Positions 1 through 10,357 are shown, counted from the first letter of the stretch. The stretch is 64,000 nt of DNA from Acidobacteriota bacterium (GCA_020199975.1 JAIVJP010000284.1:7749-71748), one strand, 5' to 3'. Numbers and translations: made by a program. Notes: generated by a model not told the origin, from the sequence alone.

Positions 1-128
1 CAGGAACGAAAACTGAAGTGAGAAAGAAGATGTCGCAGGGTGGGGCGGGCAGGCTAGGCTCCAAGGGGGGCTTGACGCCTGAAACTCCGCCTGCCCCGCT
101 GTTTCCTGTTATATCGCTTTGATGCCGG

Positions 129-797
129 TCACTTATTCGTTCGGCGGGCAGACATCACCAGAATTATCGCATCGCCGGATGGGCCAACATTTAGCGTGCC
201 GACGATGACCGGTTCGCCTTCGCGTATGCTGATGTCGGTGTTCAGTCCGGTGCTTTCGTAGTTAATGATTGGAGCCGCCGGTGCATTTGACGCCAATGCG
301 GTGCCCGTTTGAATTGGGATTCGCGCTCCGAACCCAAACCCATCCATCCTGATAAACTGCTGACCTCCGGCATCTCGCACCAACTTCACCGTATTCACAT
401 GAAACTCGTTAAAGCTGGGTGTGCCACTGAAACCGGCGGTAGTCGCCATCATTGGCCCACCGACCCAGCGCAAGTTAAGCCGGCCGTCGTTCTTTACTCG
501 ATTGATTAACGTCGCTGCCAACCGGTAGTTTTTGAACGGCAAGGACGCGCGCAATTGTCTGATGACCGATTCCAACGCCGCCGGGAGCTTCGCGTCGTCA
601 ACATCCTGGTTTGTCGCGACCAGCAGATAGAGTTGGGTATTAAGGTTAGTCTCATCGTCTTTCTTCTCGGCCTGAGTGGATTGCAGCGAGGTGTCAGCCG
701 CTGATTGGGCCAGAGCTTCACCGCCATTGATGCTAAGTATTGTCAAGAGCACTGCAAACACAATTCGAGCGGACATCCTGGACGGATTCATATACAT
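129..797 (-). CDS. hypothetical secreted protein
   Basis: 222-aa ORF with a hydrophobic signal-like N-terminus (ARIVFAVLLTILSINGGEALA). An AAGGAG motif lies upstream; its spacing favours the second ATG (791) as the start. No family recognised. Confidence 0.55.
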   Translation of the reverse strand: MYMNPSRMSARIVFAVLLTILSINGGEALAQSAADTSLQSTQAEKKDDETNLNTQLYLLVATNQDVDDAKLPAALESVIRQLRASLPFKNYRLAATLINRVKNDGRLNLRWVGGPMMATTAGFSGTPSFNEFHVNTVKLVRDAGGQQFIRMDGFGFGARIPIQTGTALASNAPAAPIINYESTGLNTDISIREGEPVIVGTLNVGPSGDAIILVMSARRTNK

Positions 798-1014
798 ATC
801 TCCTTCAATGTAGTTGTTGACTGCTGAACCGAGGAGAGTGGACCAACCGGGCGCTGCATACAGCGTCTGGCTTCTTGTTCGGCTCTAATCACCGTGGGCC
901 AATGATCGACAGCTAACACGCGCGGCCGGGAGATAAGTTCCAATCAGGATGCGCAAAAAATGCGCCAAAGACAAACGAGGGTCAATAAGGTCAGGACAAA
1001 CCTGCTGGTCGATA

Positions 1015-3120
1015 CTATCTGTGGTTGGCGGTCTCTCTAACTGCCAACGGCATGGTCAACTCGAAACGCGAACCTCTGCCGTTTGCTGAATAAACCAGTC
1101 GCGCGTTACCGCCCGCTTCTTCCATGCGTTTACGTACAATCGCCAACCCCAGGCCGGTGCCTCTTTGCTTGGTAGTAAAGAAGGGTTCCCAAATCCGCTG
1201 TCGCAGCTCTTCAGATATGCCTGGGCCCGTATCCTGGACTGAGATAACCAGCGCGTCGGCCTCAATGTTCTGCGCGATGGTTATCTCACCACCTTTCTCT
1301 GTTGCTTGCAGAGAATTCAAAAGCAAATTCGAAAGCGCGACGCGAACTGAAGAAACCACGTCGCCGCTGAGCTCGCGATCGGTCCCCAGTTTCGTCGTCA
1401 AAGTAACTCCGCGGTTATCCGCGCTCGCCTGAAACAAACCGACGACGGCAGCAATTAGTTGGCTGGCAAGTTGCGGTAGCTCGTCAGGGGGTTGGCTACG
1501 CGCAAAACTCAAGAGTTGCGTCACGCTTTGGCCCAGTCGATCGGTTTCGCCCACAATCAAACTCAAATCGCGCGCATACTCGCGGCTCATGCTTTCGTCC
1601 TCGCCCATGACCTGTGCGATCGACTTTATTGCTGACAGCGGGTTTTTAATCTCGTGCGCAACTGTGGCTGCCATTTGTCCCAGGGCGGCGAGACGCTCGC
1701 GTTCGGCGAGTTTTCGTTCCAGCGTAACGTTTTCTTCGACCAGCCTGCAGTCCTCAACCGCAATAGCGACCTGGCCCGCGAGCACTTCCAACACCGAGCG
1801 GGTGTCCTCGTTGAGCGTCGCCGAAGTTGCGTCAATCAACAGCACTCCTGAAACACGCTCGTCCCGGCGCAGCGGATATGCGAGGCTAAATCCGTGGTTA
1901 ACCAGGGCGGGATGATTTTCGACGGGCTGCCAACCGCTCGCTTGCGATAACTCGATCACGTTTTCCAGGACGCTTTCGCCGAGCGCGGTACCTTGTTTAT
2001 TTCCTGCCAATTCCTGAGCCGGCTCGCCGGAAACGAACCGTTCGCGCAAGAGGATGCGCGCGCTGCGTAAACCGAGCGCGCTGGTAGTTTGCTGCTGAAC
2101 GAAATCAAGGAGGGCAGGCAATTTTTTGTATTGACCGGCCTGCGAGCTGATGCGGGACACAATCTGGCGATAAAGAGCCGCCTCGCGCTCGAAGAGTTTA
2201 TGGAAACGGTTCTCAAGCCAACGGCGTAACGGCGCAGCGGCAAGCGCAAGGCCCAGAATTAACAAAGCTTCGACGACGCCAGGCCGGGTGCCGTAACGCA
2301 ACGTCATCCAATCCCCAATCGTTTTGATGCCGTAGATGTAAATGGTGAGAACCACCGCAGCAAACGATGCAACTATCAAACTCTCCTCGATGATTAATTC
2401 AAGATAGCGGTAGCGATAAATGTAGTAAGCAAGTAGCAGCGAAGGCAGCAATGACCCGAGATTCGCAACCGTCTTCAGGTAGAGGCCGGCTGCAGTTCCC
2501 TCTCCCAGACCGAAAGCCAGCGCGGCAAGAATTACGATTCCGATCACGATGAAGGAGGCCGCAAGCATGCGCAGGATTCGTTGCTCGCTGCGATGTTGTG
2601 CCTTCCTTGCGATCAACAATTCGGTGACGGCAATCACGCCCAGAACGTAGGTAATCCAGACTGCCATCGGCAAAACCAGAAACTGTAGGCGGCTCATCAT
2701 CGGCGCATAAGGCCGGAACCATATTTTGTAGAGCGCGACGGCTAGAAAAATATTGGGCAGGTAAGAAAGATAGACCCGCACTTTTTCGCTCAATTTTAAC
2801 GGACGTTTCGCGGCGGCCGCCCACAGGTAGAGATGAATGTGAAGAAGAAAGGAGTACGCGAACGTAATGCTGATTACGGAGATGCTATCGGCAACGCGAA
2901 GCAACGCGGTCCACTTGGTGTAACTGAAACCAAAAAGACTGTGCAGGGTAATAATCAGGTTGCTGCCATGCCAGCCACCCATTGTAAGCGCTAGCAGAAA
3001 CAGCAATCGTTCAACCGTTGTCAGTTTGCGGCGGCGTGAAAAGAGTTGAATGCCCAGCCAGACGGGCAGCACCGCGCCGATTGAATAACCTACAAGTTGG
3101 AGGACTTCGAGTGGGGACAT
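1015..3120 (-). CDS. sensor histidine kinase (multi-TM sensor, GAF-like region, HisKA, HATPase_c)
   Basis: 701 aa with about 8 N-terminal hydrophobic helices. H-box AHEIKNPLSAIKS, N-box LLLNSLQA, G1 VQDTGPGI, G2 GTGLGLAIV. Confidence 0.9.
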   Translation of the reverse strand: MSPLEVLQLVGYSIGAVLPVWLGIQLFSRRRKLTTVERLLFLLALTMGGWHGSNLIITLHSLFGFSYTKWTALLRVADSISVISITFAYSFLLHIHLYLWAAAAKRPLKLSEKVRVYLSYLPNIFLAVALYKIWFRPYAPMMSRLQFLVLPMAVWITYVLGVIAVTELLIARKAQHRSEQRILRMLAASFIVIGIVILAALAFGLGEGTAAGLYLKTVANLGSLLPSLLLAYYIYRYRYLELIIEESLIVASFAAVVLTIYIYGIKTIGDWMTLRYGTRPGVVEALLILGLALAAAPLRRWLENRFHKLFEREAALYRQIVSRISSQAGQYKKLPALLDFVQQQTTSALGLRSARILLRERFVSGEPAQELAGNKQGTALGESVLENVIELSQASGWQPVENHPALVNHGFSLAYPLRRDERVSGVLLIDATSATLNEDTRSVLEVLAGQVAIAVEDCRLVEENVTLERKLAERERLAALGQMAATVAHEIKNPLSAIKSIAQVMGEDESMSREYARDLSLIVGETDRLGQSVTQLLSFARSQPPDELPQLASQLIAAVVGLFQASADNRGVTLTTKLGTDRELSGDVVSSVRVALSNLLLNSLQATEKGGEITIAQNIEADALVISVQDTGPGISEELRQRIWEPFFTTKQRGTGLGLAIVRKRMEEAGGNARLVYSANGRGSRFELTMPLAVRETANHR

Positions 3121-3121
3121 T

Positions 3122-3378
3122 TGTCAGTAAGCAGTAGGCAGGAGCAGTAGGCAGAACGCAACAAGCAGCAAATGGAAAACTAGATTTTCCATTTACCATT
3201 TACCAATTTTTCATTGTTCATTTGGAGCTGCGGCGTATTGTCGCTTTTTCCGCTGCTTGCAGCAGAAAACGAAGCGACAAGCAATAAGGTTACCTGACAC
3301 TGCAGTCTGGCGTCAGTCTGCCTACTGCCTTCTGCCTACTGCCTACTGCCTTCTGCCTACTGCTTTCTACCTACTGAT
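3122..3378. repeat. paired-heptamer hairpin element (TAGGCAG / CTGCCTA) with additional inner hairpins and CCATTTA tandem units
   Basis: Left arm CAGTAAGCAGTAGGCAGGAGCAGTAGGCAG (3124-3155). The right arm is about 60 nt of CTGCCTA-type units (3317-3376) overlapping the OmpA-gene stop. Inside are the palindrome AAATGGAAAActagATTTTCCATTT (3170-3194) and CCATTTACCATTTACC (3189-3204). Confidence 0.85.
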
Positions 3379-4945
3379 TGGCCGCACTGCGCGTATTCAC
3401 AGGCATGAAAGTGATCTCCGTGCGGCGATTGCGAGCTCTGCCGGCGGTAGTGGTGTTGCTTCCGAGTGGATTGGCCGCGCCCATCCCGTTGGCTTGAAGA
3501 CGCGAAGCATCGACACCGGCCGCCTGAAAGCGCTCAGACAACTCGCGTGCACGCTCCTGCGTGAGCTGTTGCAGGGTGACCTCATCACCCTTGCCATCGG
3601 TGTAAGCTTCAATAACAAACTGGTAGTCGGGATTGCTTGCCAGCAGGGCCGCGAGCGGTTCGAGTTTCGCTGCTGCCGCGGAAACCAGGGTCGTAGCGCG
3701 TGGACCACTCCAAATGGATTCCGGCAATAGAAGTCGAAAGCCCGATGCCGTTTCCTTCACGGTACCAAACCTCGCCAAACTACTTTTCAGACTTGCTTCA
3801 GCCGCGCGGCGTCGCTGCTCACGTTGTTCGGCATCTATGCGTGACTGTTCGGCATGTTTCTCACCCTCGAGGCGCGCCAGGTTGACCTTCGCTGCCTCCC
3901 CTTCCGAACGCACCGTCTGCAACTCGTCGCGCAGGCGGGCTACTTCAATTCTTTGTTCACGCAGTTGTTGGTTGGCCGTTGCTGCGTCACGCTCCGCTAA
4001 CTCGCGCGCTCGCTGCTCGCGATCGAGCGCGCCGCGCAATTGCTCAATTTCCTGTTGTGACGTTTGTGCCGTTCGCTCAGCGGAGCGCAAGGCATCATCA
4101 CGACGTTGCGTATCCTCGCGACGCAAGCGGGCGGCGCGCCGAGCGAATGCGATCTCCTCGGCCCTGGCCCCGGAAGACGTTGCCTTGCGCGCGAGGACAT
4201 CAACCTCCGCGGTGGGCTCATTAAACCTCAAAGCCTTTTCAGCAGCGAGTAGATCTGCTTCGGCTTGTTCCAGTTCCTGCGTTGCATCCTGTTGCGCGCC
4301 GGCAAAACGCGCGAGGTTTACCGCCTGGCGCGCACCGAGAAGTGAAACTGGAATGTCGCGATAATCCGAAGTAGCAATTTCCGGCACGCGCGAATCTCTA
4401 AAATAGTCGCTCGAGTTTCCAATGTATTGGACGCTGACTGTTTCAACCTGGCTATTGCCCGGCCGCTGGGGCGGGATATTTTCCAGTACGACCATGCGAC
4501 TTGGAACTTTCATCAGGAAGTGTGGTTCAGCAGTTATGATTAACGCAAAGGTCTGCAGCGGCGTAGTGACGTCAAGTTTCGAGGCGATAAAGGGACTGCC
4601 TCCTCGCTTGATCTCGCCCAGGTTATCAACATGCCCGTCGGGCGAAACAGCCCACAGAACAAAAGTCGTATAGACGCCGCCCAGTTCATTGGCGCGGGGA
4701 AGATTGTCGATTGCCAACTCAACTCGGGTCCCTCGGCGACCAGCGCGTTTCACTTTTGCTTCGCCTTTTAATCTCGGCAGCAGCGTGGTGCCGCGGAATT
4801 TCACCGTGACACTTTCATCAAGCGGATAAGTGACAGCCACAGTCCGGCGTGCCAAATCAGTTTGCGCAAATATCGCCGCACAACCAAGGGCAGCGCAGAC
4901 CATCAAAGCCAGTAGGTTGGACAGCAGGCGTCGATAAAAGTTCAT
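3371..4945 (-). CDS. OmpA-family protein with long coiled-coil linker
   Basis: 524 aa with a signal peptide and a central Arg/Glu/Ala-rich coiled-coil segment. The C-terminal OmpA-like domain reads [12 protein letters not shown]...NRRTEITF. Confidence 0.85.
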   Translation of the reverse strand: MNFYRRLLSNLLALMVCAALGCAAIFAQTDLARRTVAVTYPLDESVTVKFRGTTLLPRLKGEAKVKRAGRRGTRVELAIDNLPRANELGGVYTTFVLWAVSPDGHVDNLGEIKRGGSPFIASKLDVTTPLQTFALIITAEPHFLMKVPSRMVVLENIPPQRPGNSQVETVSVQYIGNSSDYFRDSRVPEIATSDYRDIPVSLLGARQAVNLARFAGAQQDATQELEQAEADLLAAEKALRFNEPTAEVDVLARKATSSGARAEEIAFARRAARLRREDTQRRDDALRSAERTAQTSQQEIEQLRGALDREQRARELAERDAATANQQLREQRIEVARLRDELQTVRSEGEAAKVNLARLEGEKHAEQSRIDAEQREQRRRAAEASLKSSLARFGTVKETASGFRLLLPESIWSGPRATTLVSAAAAKLEPLAALLASNPDYQFVIEAYTDGKGDEVTLQQLTQERARELSERFQAAGVDASRLQANGMGAANPLGSNTTTAGRARNRRTEITFMPVNTRSAANQ

Positions 4946-5060
4946 AATCTTGTTCCTCGTGCGATTTAGTGCTGAAACTCCTTGATTTCAAACGAAAACG
5001 CTGTTTCTGTTGATGCAACCAGCGCGATCATTGTTGCCGACGGGCAGGAAAAGGGTCAAG

Positions 5061-5228
5061 CTAACGTCCTGAGGAGAGCCGGTGATACCGGGTTTTGCGG
5101 TACGCAATGCACTGAACAACAAAAATAGAGATCGCTGTGAGCAGCAGGATATGAATAAAGCCGCCCTTGTGTAAAAGAAACTTCAGTACAAACCACAGTA
5201 TGAAAAGTATTGCGCTAATCGCCCACAT
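5061..5228 (-). CDS. small membrane protein, lmo0937-like family (55 aa, below ORF-track cutoff)
   Basis: Manual translation of the minus strand gives MWAISAILFILWFVLKFLLHKGGFIHILLLTAISIFVVQCIAYRKTRYHRLSSGR, with TAG at 5061-5063. It has two hydrophobic helices around a KGG turn, typical of this widespread small-protein family. Confidence 0.55.
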   Translation of the reverse strand: MWAISAILFILWFVLKFLLHKGGFIHILLLTAISIFVVQCIAYRKTRYHRLSSGR

Positions 5229-5242
5229 TCCGCCACTACCTT

Positions 5243-5719
5243 TTAAGGGCTGTTTGAAACGCTACGTACACGACCTCGCCGCATCGCTTTGCCGGGAAGC
5301 GCCACCGACAACACTGCACCGCCGGAAACAAAAAAGCGAACCGGCGTTGAAAATTGTCCTGTGGAACGATCAGAAGCTGCAGTGCGCCAGTGATAATAGC
5401 CGGGCGGCAGACCGCTCACGGTATATCGCTCACCATTAACCCGGCCGTCAAAAAATATGCTGCGAAAGTTTTCATCGCTGGCGATTTGCAGCCGATACCA
5501 GGCCACGCCTTTTTGCCTGGTCCATTGGATCCGGGTGGGAAAAGAAATTGAGCGGGTCGCGGTTTGTTGAGCCAATGCCAGCACCGGAAATGTAAGCAAC
5601 ACTGACAAAGCAAACAACAGGGACGGCTTGGGCGTTTGGAACACTGAGCGGTCTTTGGATTGATTTAGTAACACTGAGCCTTGCGCTGCGGGCCGGACTG
5701 GAATGTTAAGGGGCTTCAT
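5243..5719 (-). CDS. hypothetical secreted protein (beta-sandwich/FN3-like guess)
   Basis: 158 aa with signal peptide LLFALSVLLTFPVLALA. Its start overlaps the stop of the upstream response regulator, suggesting co-transcription. Confidence 0.5.
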   Translation of the reverse strand: MKPLNIPVRPAAQGSVLLNQSKDRSVFQTPKPSLLFALSVLLTFPVLALAQQTATRSISFPTRIQWTRQKGVAWYRLQIASDENFRSIFFDGRVNGERYTVSGLPPGYYHWRTAASDRSTGQFSTPVRFFVSGGAVLSVALPGKAMRRGRVRSVSNSP

Positions 5720-6458
5720 TTAGTTTATAGCCAACGCCGCGGACAGTGAGCACGTACCGTGGGTTCTTCGGATCGGTTTCAAGCTTCTTACGCAGCCGGT
5801 TTATGTGCGGGTCGATGTTCCGCTGATAGCCTTCATACTCTGTGCTCCAAACGCGATCCAGCAGCGCGTTGCGCGACCACGCCCGACCGGGTTCAGACGC
5901 CAGCAGCTCCAATATTTGAAATTCAAGTGGCGTGAGATCGACACGCGTGCCTTCACGTATAACCTCGTGGCGGCGCTTGTCGATCACCAAATCTCCAACT
6001 GCAACCCGTTCGTCATCGCCACTGGGCGCGACCGACGTTGAGCGCTTCAACAAAGCCTCGACTCGGTACTCAAGCTCGCGCGGACTGAAAGGCTTGCCAA
6101 GGTAATCGTCACCGCCGGCCTCGAAACCAGCGACCTTATAATCCAGCGCATCGTGCGCGGTTAAAAATAATGCCGGCGTTTGCACACCGCGCTCGCGGGC
6201 GCGCTTCAAAAGATCAAAGCCTGACATCCCGGGCATGGAAACATCGAAGATAAAACAATCAAACTTGCCGGTTGTCGCCGGCTGAAGTGCGGCCGTCCCA
6301 CTCTCGCGCTCATCTACTTGAAAGCCAAGACGGCGAAAGTATTCAGCGAGCAGCAGACGCATATCTGCGTCGTCATCGACTATCAATAAGCGTTTGCCTG
6401 CGTACTTGCTCGCTACCTGTGATGGCTGTCCCAAGTTTCCTGATCCCGTCGGGTTCAA
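5706..6458 (-). CDS. OmpR/PhoB-family response regulator
   Basis: 250 aa. Receiver domain (LLIVDDDADM...FDVSMPGMSGFDLL) plus a winged-helix output domain (LTPLEFQILELL...VRGVGYKL). Confidence 0.9.
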   Translation of the reverse strand: MNPTGSGNLGQPSQVASKYAGKRLLIVDDDADMRLLLAEYFRRLGFQVDERESGTAALQPATTGKFDCFIFDVSMPGMSGFDLLKRARERGVQTPALFLTAHDALDYKVAGFEAGGDDYLGKPFSPRELEYRVEALLKRSTSVAPSGDDERVAVGDLVIDKRRHEVIREGTRVDLTPLEFQILELLASEPGRAWSRNALLDRVWSTEYEGYQRNIDPHINRLRKKLETDPKNPRYVLTVRGVGYKLNEAP

Positions 6459-6582
6459 TTTGGATTCACGTTTACAGGTGGGAAGTATAGCTCAGTTCCG
6501 TAAGTGTGGTCTAAGAAAAGCGGACGCTGCGGTGATGGGCGGTTATGGGCGCTGATCCCCATCACGTTTAAATCGCTTTGCC

Positions 6583-6612
6583 TTGACGCTTTTGCAGCCC
6601 GATAAGTATAGT
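6583..6612 (+). promoter_or_regulatory. sigma70-like promoter candidate for the ABC exporter gene
   Basis: TTGACG (6583-6588), an 18-nt spacer, then TATAGT (6607-6612), about 70 nt upstream of the 6681 start. Confidence 0.4.
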
Positions 6613-6680
6613 TGCTTTTTCGTTTTTACAGCCGTCTTTCCTTCCTTATGGCCGACTGAACAGAGAGTTTCCCGAAGTAG

Positions 6681-8483
6681 ATGCGTGATCTTAGAAGACT
6701 GCTCAGGTACATAAAACCTCATTGGGGAACTTTCACGCTGGCGACAATTGCTATGCTCGTCGTTGGTCTGCTGGAAACCGCGATTGGCGGCCTGATTGTT
6801 CCTATCTTCGATCAGGCTTTCGCCCAGGGGGCCGGCGAGCGCACCCCTACACTTTTTGGATTGCAGAGGATTATTCCCCCGTCGGGCCTGGACGCCTGGA
6901 AGATAATCTCCGTTCTGTTATTAGTCTTTACCCTTACGAAGGGCGTCGCCGAGTATTTCTCTACCTACTTGATGGCCCGCATCGGACAGTCGGCGGTACT
7001 CAAGCTACGACAAGATCTGTTCAGCCACCTGCTTGCTCAGTCGGCAAGTTTTTTCGAGCGGCACCGGACCAACTATCTCGTCTCGCGACTGGTCTCCAGT
7101 GCGGCCGCTATTGAGGCTGCCGTAACCAGCACGCTCCGCGACATGCTGCGCGAGAGCTTCACCTTAATCGCTTTTTTGGCGGCATCCTTCTATTACAGTT
7201 GGCGCCTCACGCTGGGCTCGCTGGCAATCGCGCCAATTGTTGCACTTTTAACTGCACGCTTCGGCACCGCGTTGCGCAACCTTTCGCGTGAAAGCTTCGA
7301 AGGCAACAAACAACTGACGGACACCGCGCAGGAAGCCCTATCAAATCAAAATATAGTCAAGGCATATCGCTCAGAAGGGCGCGAGTCCGAACGCTTCACT
7401 ACCGTAGCCAGACGAATTGTGCGGGCCAACCTGCGTACCGCGAGTATCTCGGGCTTCGCGCCCCCTACAATAGAGATGATCGGCGTCATTTTCGTCGTCT
7501 TTCTGCTCTATTTTGGCCAGCGCGAAATTGTCTCGGGCAGGATGAACTCGGCGCAATTTCTGACCTTCTTATTTTTCCTATTTCGCAGTTACGACCCGAT
7601 GCGCAAACTGTCACGACTGCAAAACGCCATGGAGCAGGCACTGGCCGCAGCCCATCACGTTTGGGAAGTTATGGACGAGAACGCACATTTGCCGGAAAAT
7701 GCCAATGCAGTCGTGCTTGGTCCATTAAAGCGCTCGATCGAGCTGAAAGATGTTTCGTTTGGTTATGCAAACGAGAGTCGTTCAGTGCTGCAGAACATTA
7801 ATATCAGCGTTCCGGCGGGTTCGATGGTTGCTCTCGTTGGTGAATCCGGCGGTGGCAAATCGACGTTAACGAAGTTGTTGCCGCGTTTCCACGATCCCGT
7901 TTCCGGAGCGGTGCTTTGGGATGGAACCGATCTGCGAGACGCGACTCTATCGAGTTTGCGCGCGCAAATTGCCCTCGTTACCCAGGAGACCGTGCTATTC
8001 AATGACACGGTTCGCCACAACATCGCTTACGGTAAACCAGACGCGACGCAGGCCGAGATTGAAGAGGCTGCTCGCATTGCCTTTGCGCATGACTTCATTG
8101 AAGAGTTGCCGCAGAAGTATGAAACGATCGTAGGCGAACGCGGAATTTTTCTTTCCGGAGGCCAGCGCCAACGGCTTGCTATCGCGCGCGCGCTTTTGGT
8201 TGACGCGCCGGTCCTGATTCTTGACGAGGCCACGTCCGCACTCGATGCTGAATCTGAACGCTTTGTGCAACAAGCAATCGGGAATCTGGTTCGCAACCGT
8301 ACCACCGTGGTCATCGCACATCGTCTTTCGACGGTACGGCGTGCCGACACAATTGTGGTGATGGAGCGGGGCCGCATCACCGAGTTAGGTACACACTCCG
8401 AACTGCTCGCCAAGGGTGGACAGTATCGACGCCTCTATGAGCTTCAGTTTGCAGATGAAGAGGAAGAATTAGTCAGTAGTTAG
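6681..8483 (+). CDS. ABC transporter permease/ATPase fusion, MsbA-like lipid exporter
   Basis: 600 aa with a six-TM exporter domain. Walker A GESGGGKST, signature LSGGQRQR, Walker B ILILDEATSALD. Confidence 0.9.
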   Translation: MRDLRRLLRYIKPHWGTFTLATIAMLVVGLLETAIGGLIVPIFDQAFAQGAGERTPTLFGLQRIIPPSGLDAWKIISVLLLVFTLTKGVAEYFSTYLMARIGQSAVLKLRQDLFSHLLAQSASFFERHRTNYLVSRLVSSAAAIEAAVTSTLRDMLRESFTLIAFLAASFYYSWRLTLGSLAIAPIVALLTARFGTALRNLSRESFEGNKQLTDTAQEALSNQNIVKAYRSEGRESERFTTVARRIVRANLRTASISGFAPPTIEMIGVIFVVFLLYFGQREIVSGRMNSAQFLTFLFFLFRSYDPMRKLSRLQNAMEQALAAAHHVWEVMDENAHLPENANAVVLGPLKRSIELKDVSFGYANESRSVLQNINISVPAGSMVALVGESGGGKSTLTKLLPRFHDPVSGAVLWDGTDLRDATLSSLRAQIALVTQETVLFNDTVRHNIAYGKPDATQAEIEEAARIAFAHDFIEELPQKYETIVGERGIFLSGGQRQRLAIARALLVDAPVLILDEATSALDAESERFVQQAIGNLVRNRTTVVIAHRLSTVRRADTIVVMERGRITELGTHSELLAKGGQYRRLYELQFADEEEELVSS

Positions 8484-8513
8484 TTGTCCCTTGTCAGTGG
8501 TGCGAACAAAATT

Positions 8514-9392
8514 ATGAAATCAATGACTGGATATGGTCGCGGCTCGGCAGAGGGGAAGAATTTTTCTGTTTCCGTGGATTTGAAGACCGTGAACAACCGT
8601 TTCCTCGATGTGCACCTGCGCCTTGGGGGCGAGCTCGCTCCGCTTGAACAGGGGATCAAGCGGCAAATCTCTACGCGTCTTTCGCGGGGACGGGTTGATG
8701 TGACCATCAATCTGGAGAGAACTTCGCAAACCGCCTATGAGTTGAACCGGCCATTGATAGCTGGTTACGTCAACGCGCTCCGCGAAATGCAAACCGAGTT
8801 TGGCATCGCCGGCGAATTAGACATCAACCTCCTCGCCCGCTTGCCTGGCGCGCTGCAACCGTCGCGCGATGGACTGCCCGACGATGTTGCTGCTGGACTT
8901 GAAAGGGCACTGGCGGGTGCGCTGGATGAGCTGGAACGAATGCGCTCACAGGAGGGTGCAGCCCTCCGGCAGGAGATGTCGGAACGCATCGATAGGATCG
9001 AATCTCTGGTTCCGTTAATTGAAAATGCCGCAGCGGGCCTGGTGGATGCCTATCGCGCCCGGCTGCAAAAACGGATCTCAGAACTGCTCGCGCGCAACGG
9101 ACAACTGGTTGAGCTCGATCACGGCAGGTTGGCCCAGGAGGTCGCTTATCTTTCAGATCGCAGCGACGTCAGCGAAGAGATGGTCCGTTTGCGCAGCCAC
9201 CTGATACAGTTTCGCGAAGCTCTAAATTCCTCTAGTGAAACCGGAAAGATGCTCGACTTCCTTTTGCAGGAGCTCAATCGCGAAGCGAATACGACGCTAT
9301 CCAAGTCCACCGATCTTTCGATGAAAGAGTCAGCGTTGGCAATTAAAGCGGAAGTGGAAAAACTTCGCGAGCAGGTCCAGAATGTTGAGTGA
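8514..9392 (+). CDS. yicC: YicC-family stress-induced protein
   Basis: The conserved N-terminus MKSMTGYGRG begins at ATG 8514; the ORF-track TTG start at 8484 abuts the previous stop codon. This is the conserved yicC-gmk-rpoZ neighbourhood. Confidence 0.85.
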   Translation: MKSMTGYGRGSAEGKNFSVSVDLKTVNNRFLDVHLRLGGELAPLEQGIKRQISTRLSRGRVDVTINLERTSQTAYELNRPLIAGYVNALREMQTEFGIAGELDINLLARLPGALQPSRDGLPDDVAAGLERALAGALDELERMRSQEGAALRQEMSERIDRIESLVPLIENAAAGLVDAYRARLQKRISELLARNGQLVELDHGRLAQEVAYLSDRSDVSEEMVRLRSHLIQFREALNSSSETGKMLDFLLQELNREANTTLSKSTDLSMKESALAIKAEVEKLREQVQNVE

Positions 9393-10065
9393 GACAGACC
9401 AAAACCAGGCAGAAAACCTACCTGCGCAAGCCACCGAAGGCCGGGGCATTCTCTTCGTCGTCAGTTCCCCTTCGGGCGGCGGCAAGGGCACGCTGATCCA
9501 GCGCGTGTTGAATAAGGTGCCGAATCTTAGTTATTCTGTTTCGTTTACAACCAGGGCGCCAAGAAGTGGTGAAGTTAATGGGCGCGAGTATTTCTTTGTA
9601 ACGCCAGAGAAGTTTGAGGAAATGGTCGCCGCGGATGAATTCCTCGAATGGGCGCACGTTCACTGCAAACAATATGGCACCGCGCGAAAACAGGTTGCGC
9701 GCGAGATTGCAGAAGGTCGCGACATCATTCTCGAGGTAGATGTTCAGGGCGCCGCGAGCGTGCGCCAGTTGATGGCCGACTCGGTAAGCATTTTTATTCT
9801 GCCGCCGTCGTTCGAAGTATTGAAAACTCGATTAACTGCGCGTGGAACCGACTCGCCGGAGGAGTTGGATGTGCGCCTGCGGAATGCGCCGGTCGAGTTA
9901 AGAGATTATTCAGCCTTTCAATACGTGATCATTAATGATGATGCCGAGCTGGCCGCGAATCAAATGGCGGCAATCGTCTTTGCCGAACGGGCGCGCCTAA
10001 ACCGGCAGGCCCACAAAATCAAAAACGTCGTCGAGGCGTTTATGGCGCAAGACGAGAGCAATTAG
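9382..10065 (+). CDS. gmk: guanylate kinase
   Basis: 227 aa with P-loop SSPSGGGKGT and family motifs (REYFFV, HVHCKQYGT). Confidence 0.9.
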   Translation: MLSETDQNQAENLPAQATEGRGILFVVSSPSGGGKGTLIQRVLNKVPNLSYSVSFTTRAPRSGEVNGREYFFVTPEKFEEMVAADEFLEWAHVHCKQYGTARKQVAREIAEGRDIILEVDVQGAASVRQLMADSVSIFILPPSFEVLKTRLTARGTDSPEELDVRLRNAPVELRDYSAFQYVIINDDAELAANQMAAIVFAERARLNRQAHKIKNVVEAFMAQDESN

Positions 10066-10102
10066 TTTAATGTTTTTATTTGCAGGAGGATGAGTATTAA
10101 TA

Positions 10103-10333
10103 ATGGCAACCAAAGAACAAATCGAAGAGATTGTAGAAGAAACGCAGGCGCCCGAAATTGATTCGAAATATCGTTTAATCATTCTCGCCGCAAAAAGAAG
10201 TAAACAACTGCAAAGAGGAGCACGCCCGCGCATCGACATCGATACGCTGAAACATAAGAACACGCGGATTGCTTTGGAAGAGGTTATGCGAGGCCGAATC
10301 AACTTCACCGTGAACGACGGCGACAAAGAGTAG
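10103..10333 (+). CDS. rpoZ: DNA-directed RNA polymerase subunit omega
   Basis: 76 aa with the motif KYRLIILAAKRSKQLQRGARP, located after gmk. Confidence 0.85.
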   Translation: MATKEQIEEIVEETQAPEIDSKYRLIILAAKRSKQLQRGARPRIDIDTLKHKNTRIALEEVMRGRINFTVNDGDKE

Positions 10334-10357
10334 GCTCTCGTGTCCGTTTCCGGGACT

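Noticed and set aside
3257-3730. 157-aa plus-strand ORF containing [19 protein letters not shown]
   Set aside because: The periodic peptide is a translation of the CTGCCTA heptamer run. The rest is antisense to the well-supported OmpA-family gene.
3633-4364. 243-aa plus-strand ORF rich in Ser/Ala/Arg/Cys
   Set aside because: It is antisense to the coiled-coil region of the OmpA-family gene. Its low-complexity composition is typical of the reverse frame of an Arg/Glu/Ala-rich gene.
6480-6497. tRNA-like start GGGAAGTATAGCTCAGTT in the spacer upstream of the ABC exporter gene
   Set aside because: After AGCTCAGTT there is no complementary D-stem closure, no anticodon arm, no GGTTCGAATCC-like T-loop and no matching 3' acceptor strand. 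It is a chance resemblance.
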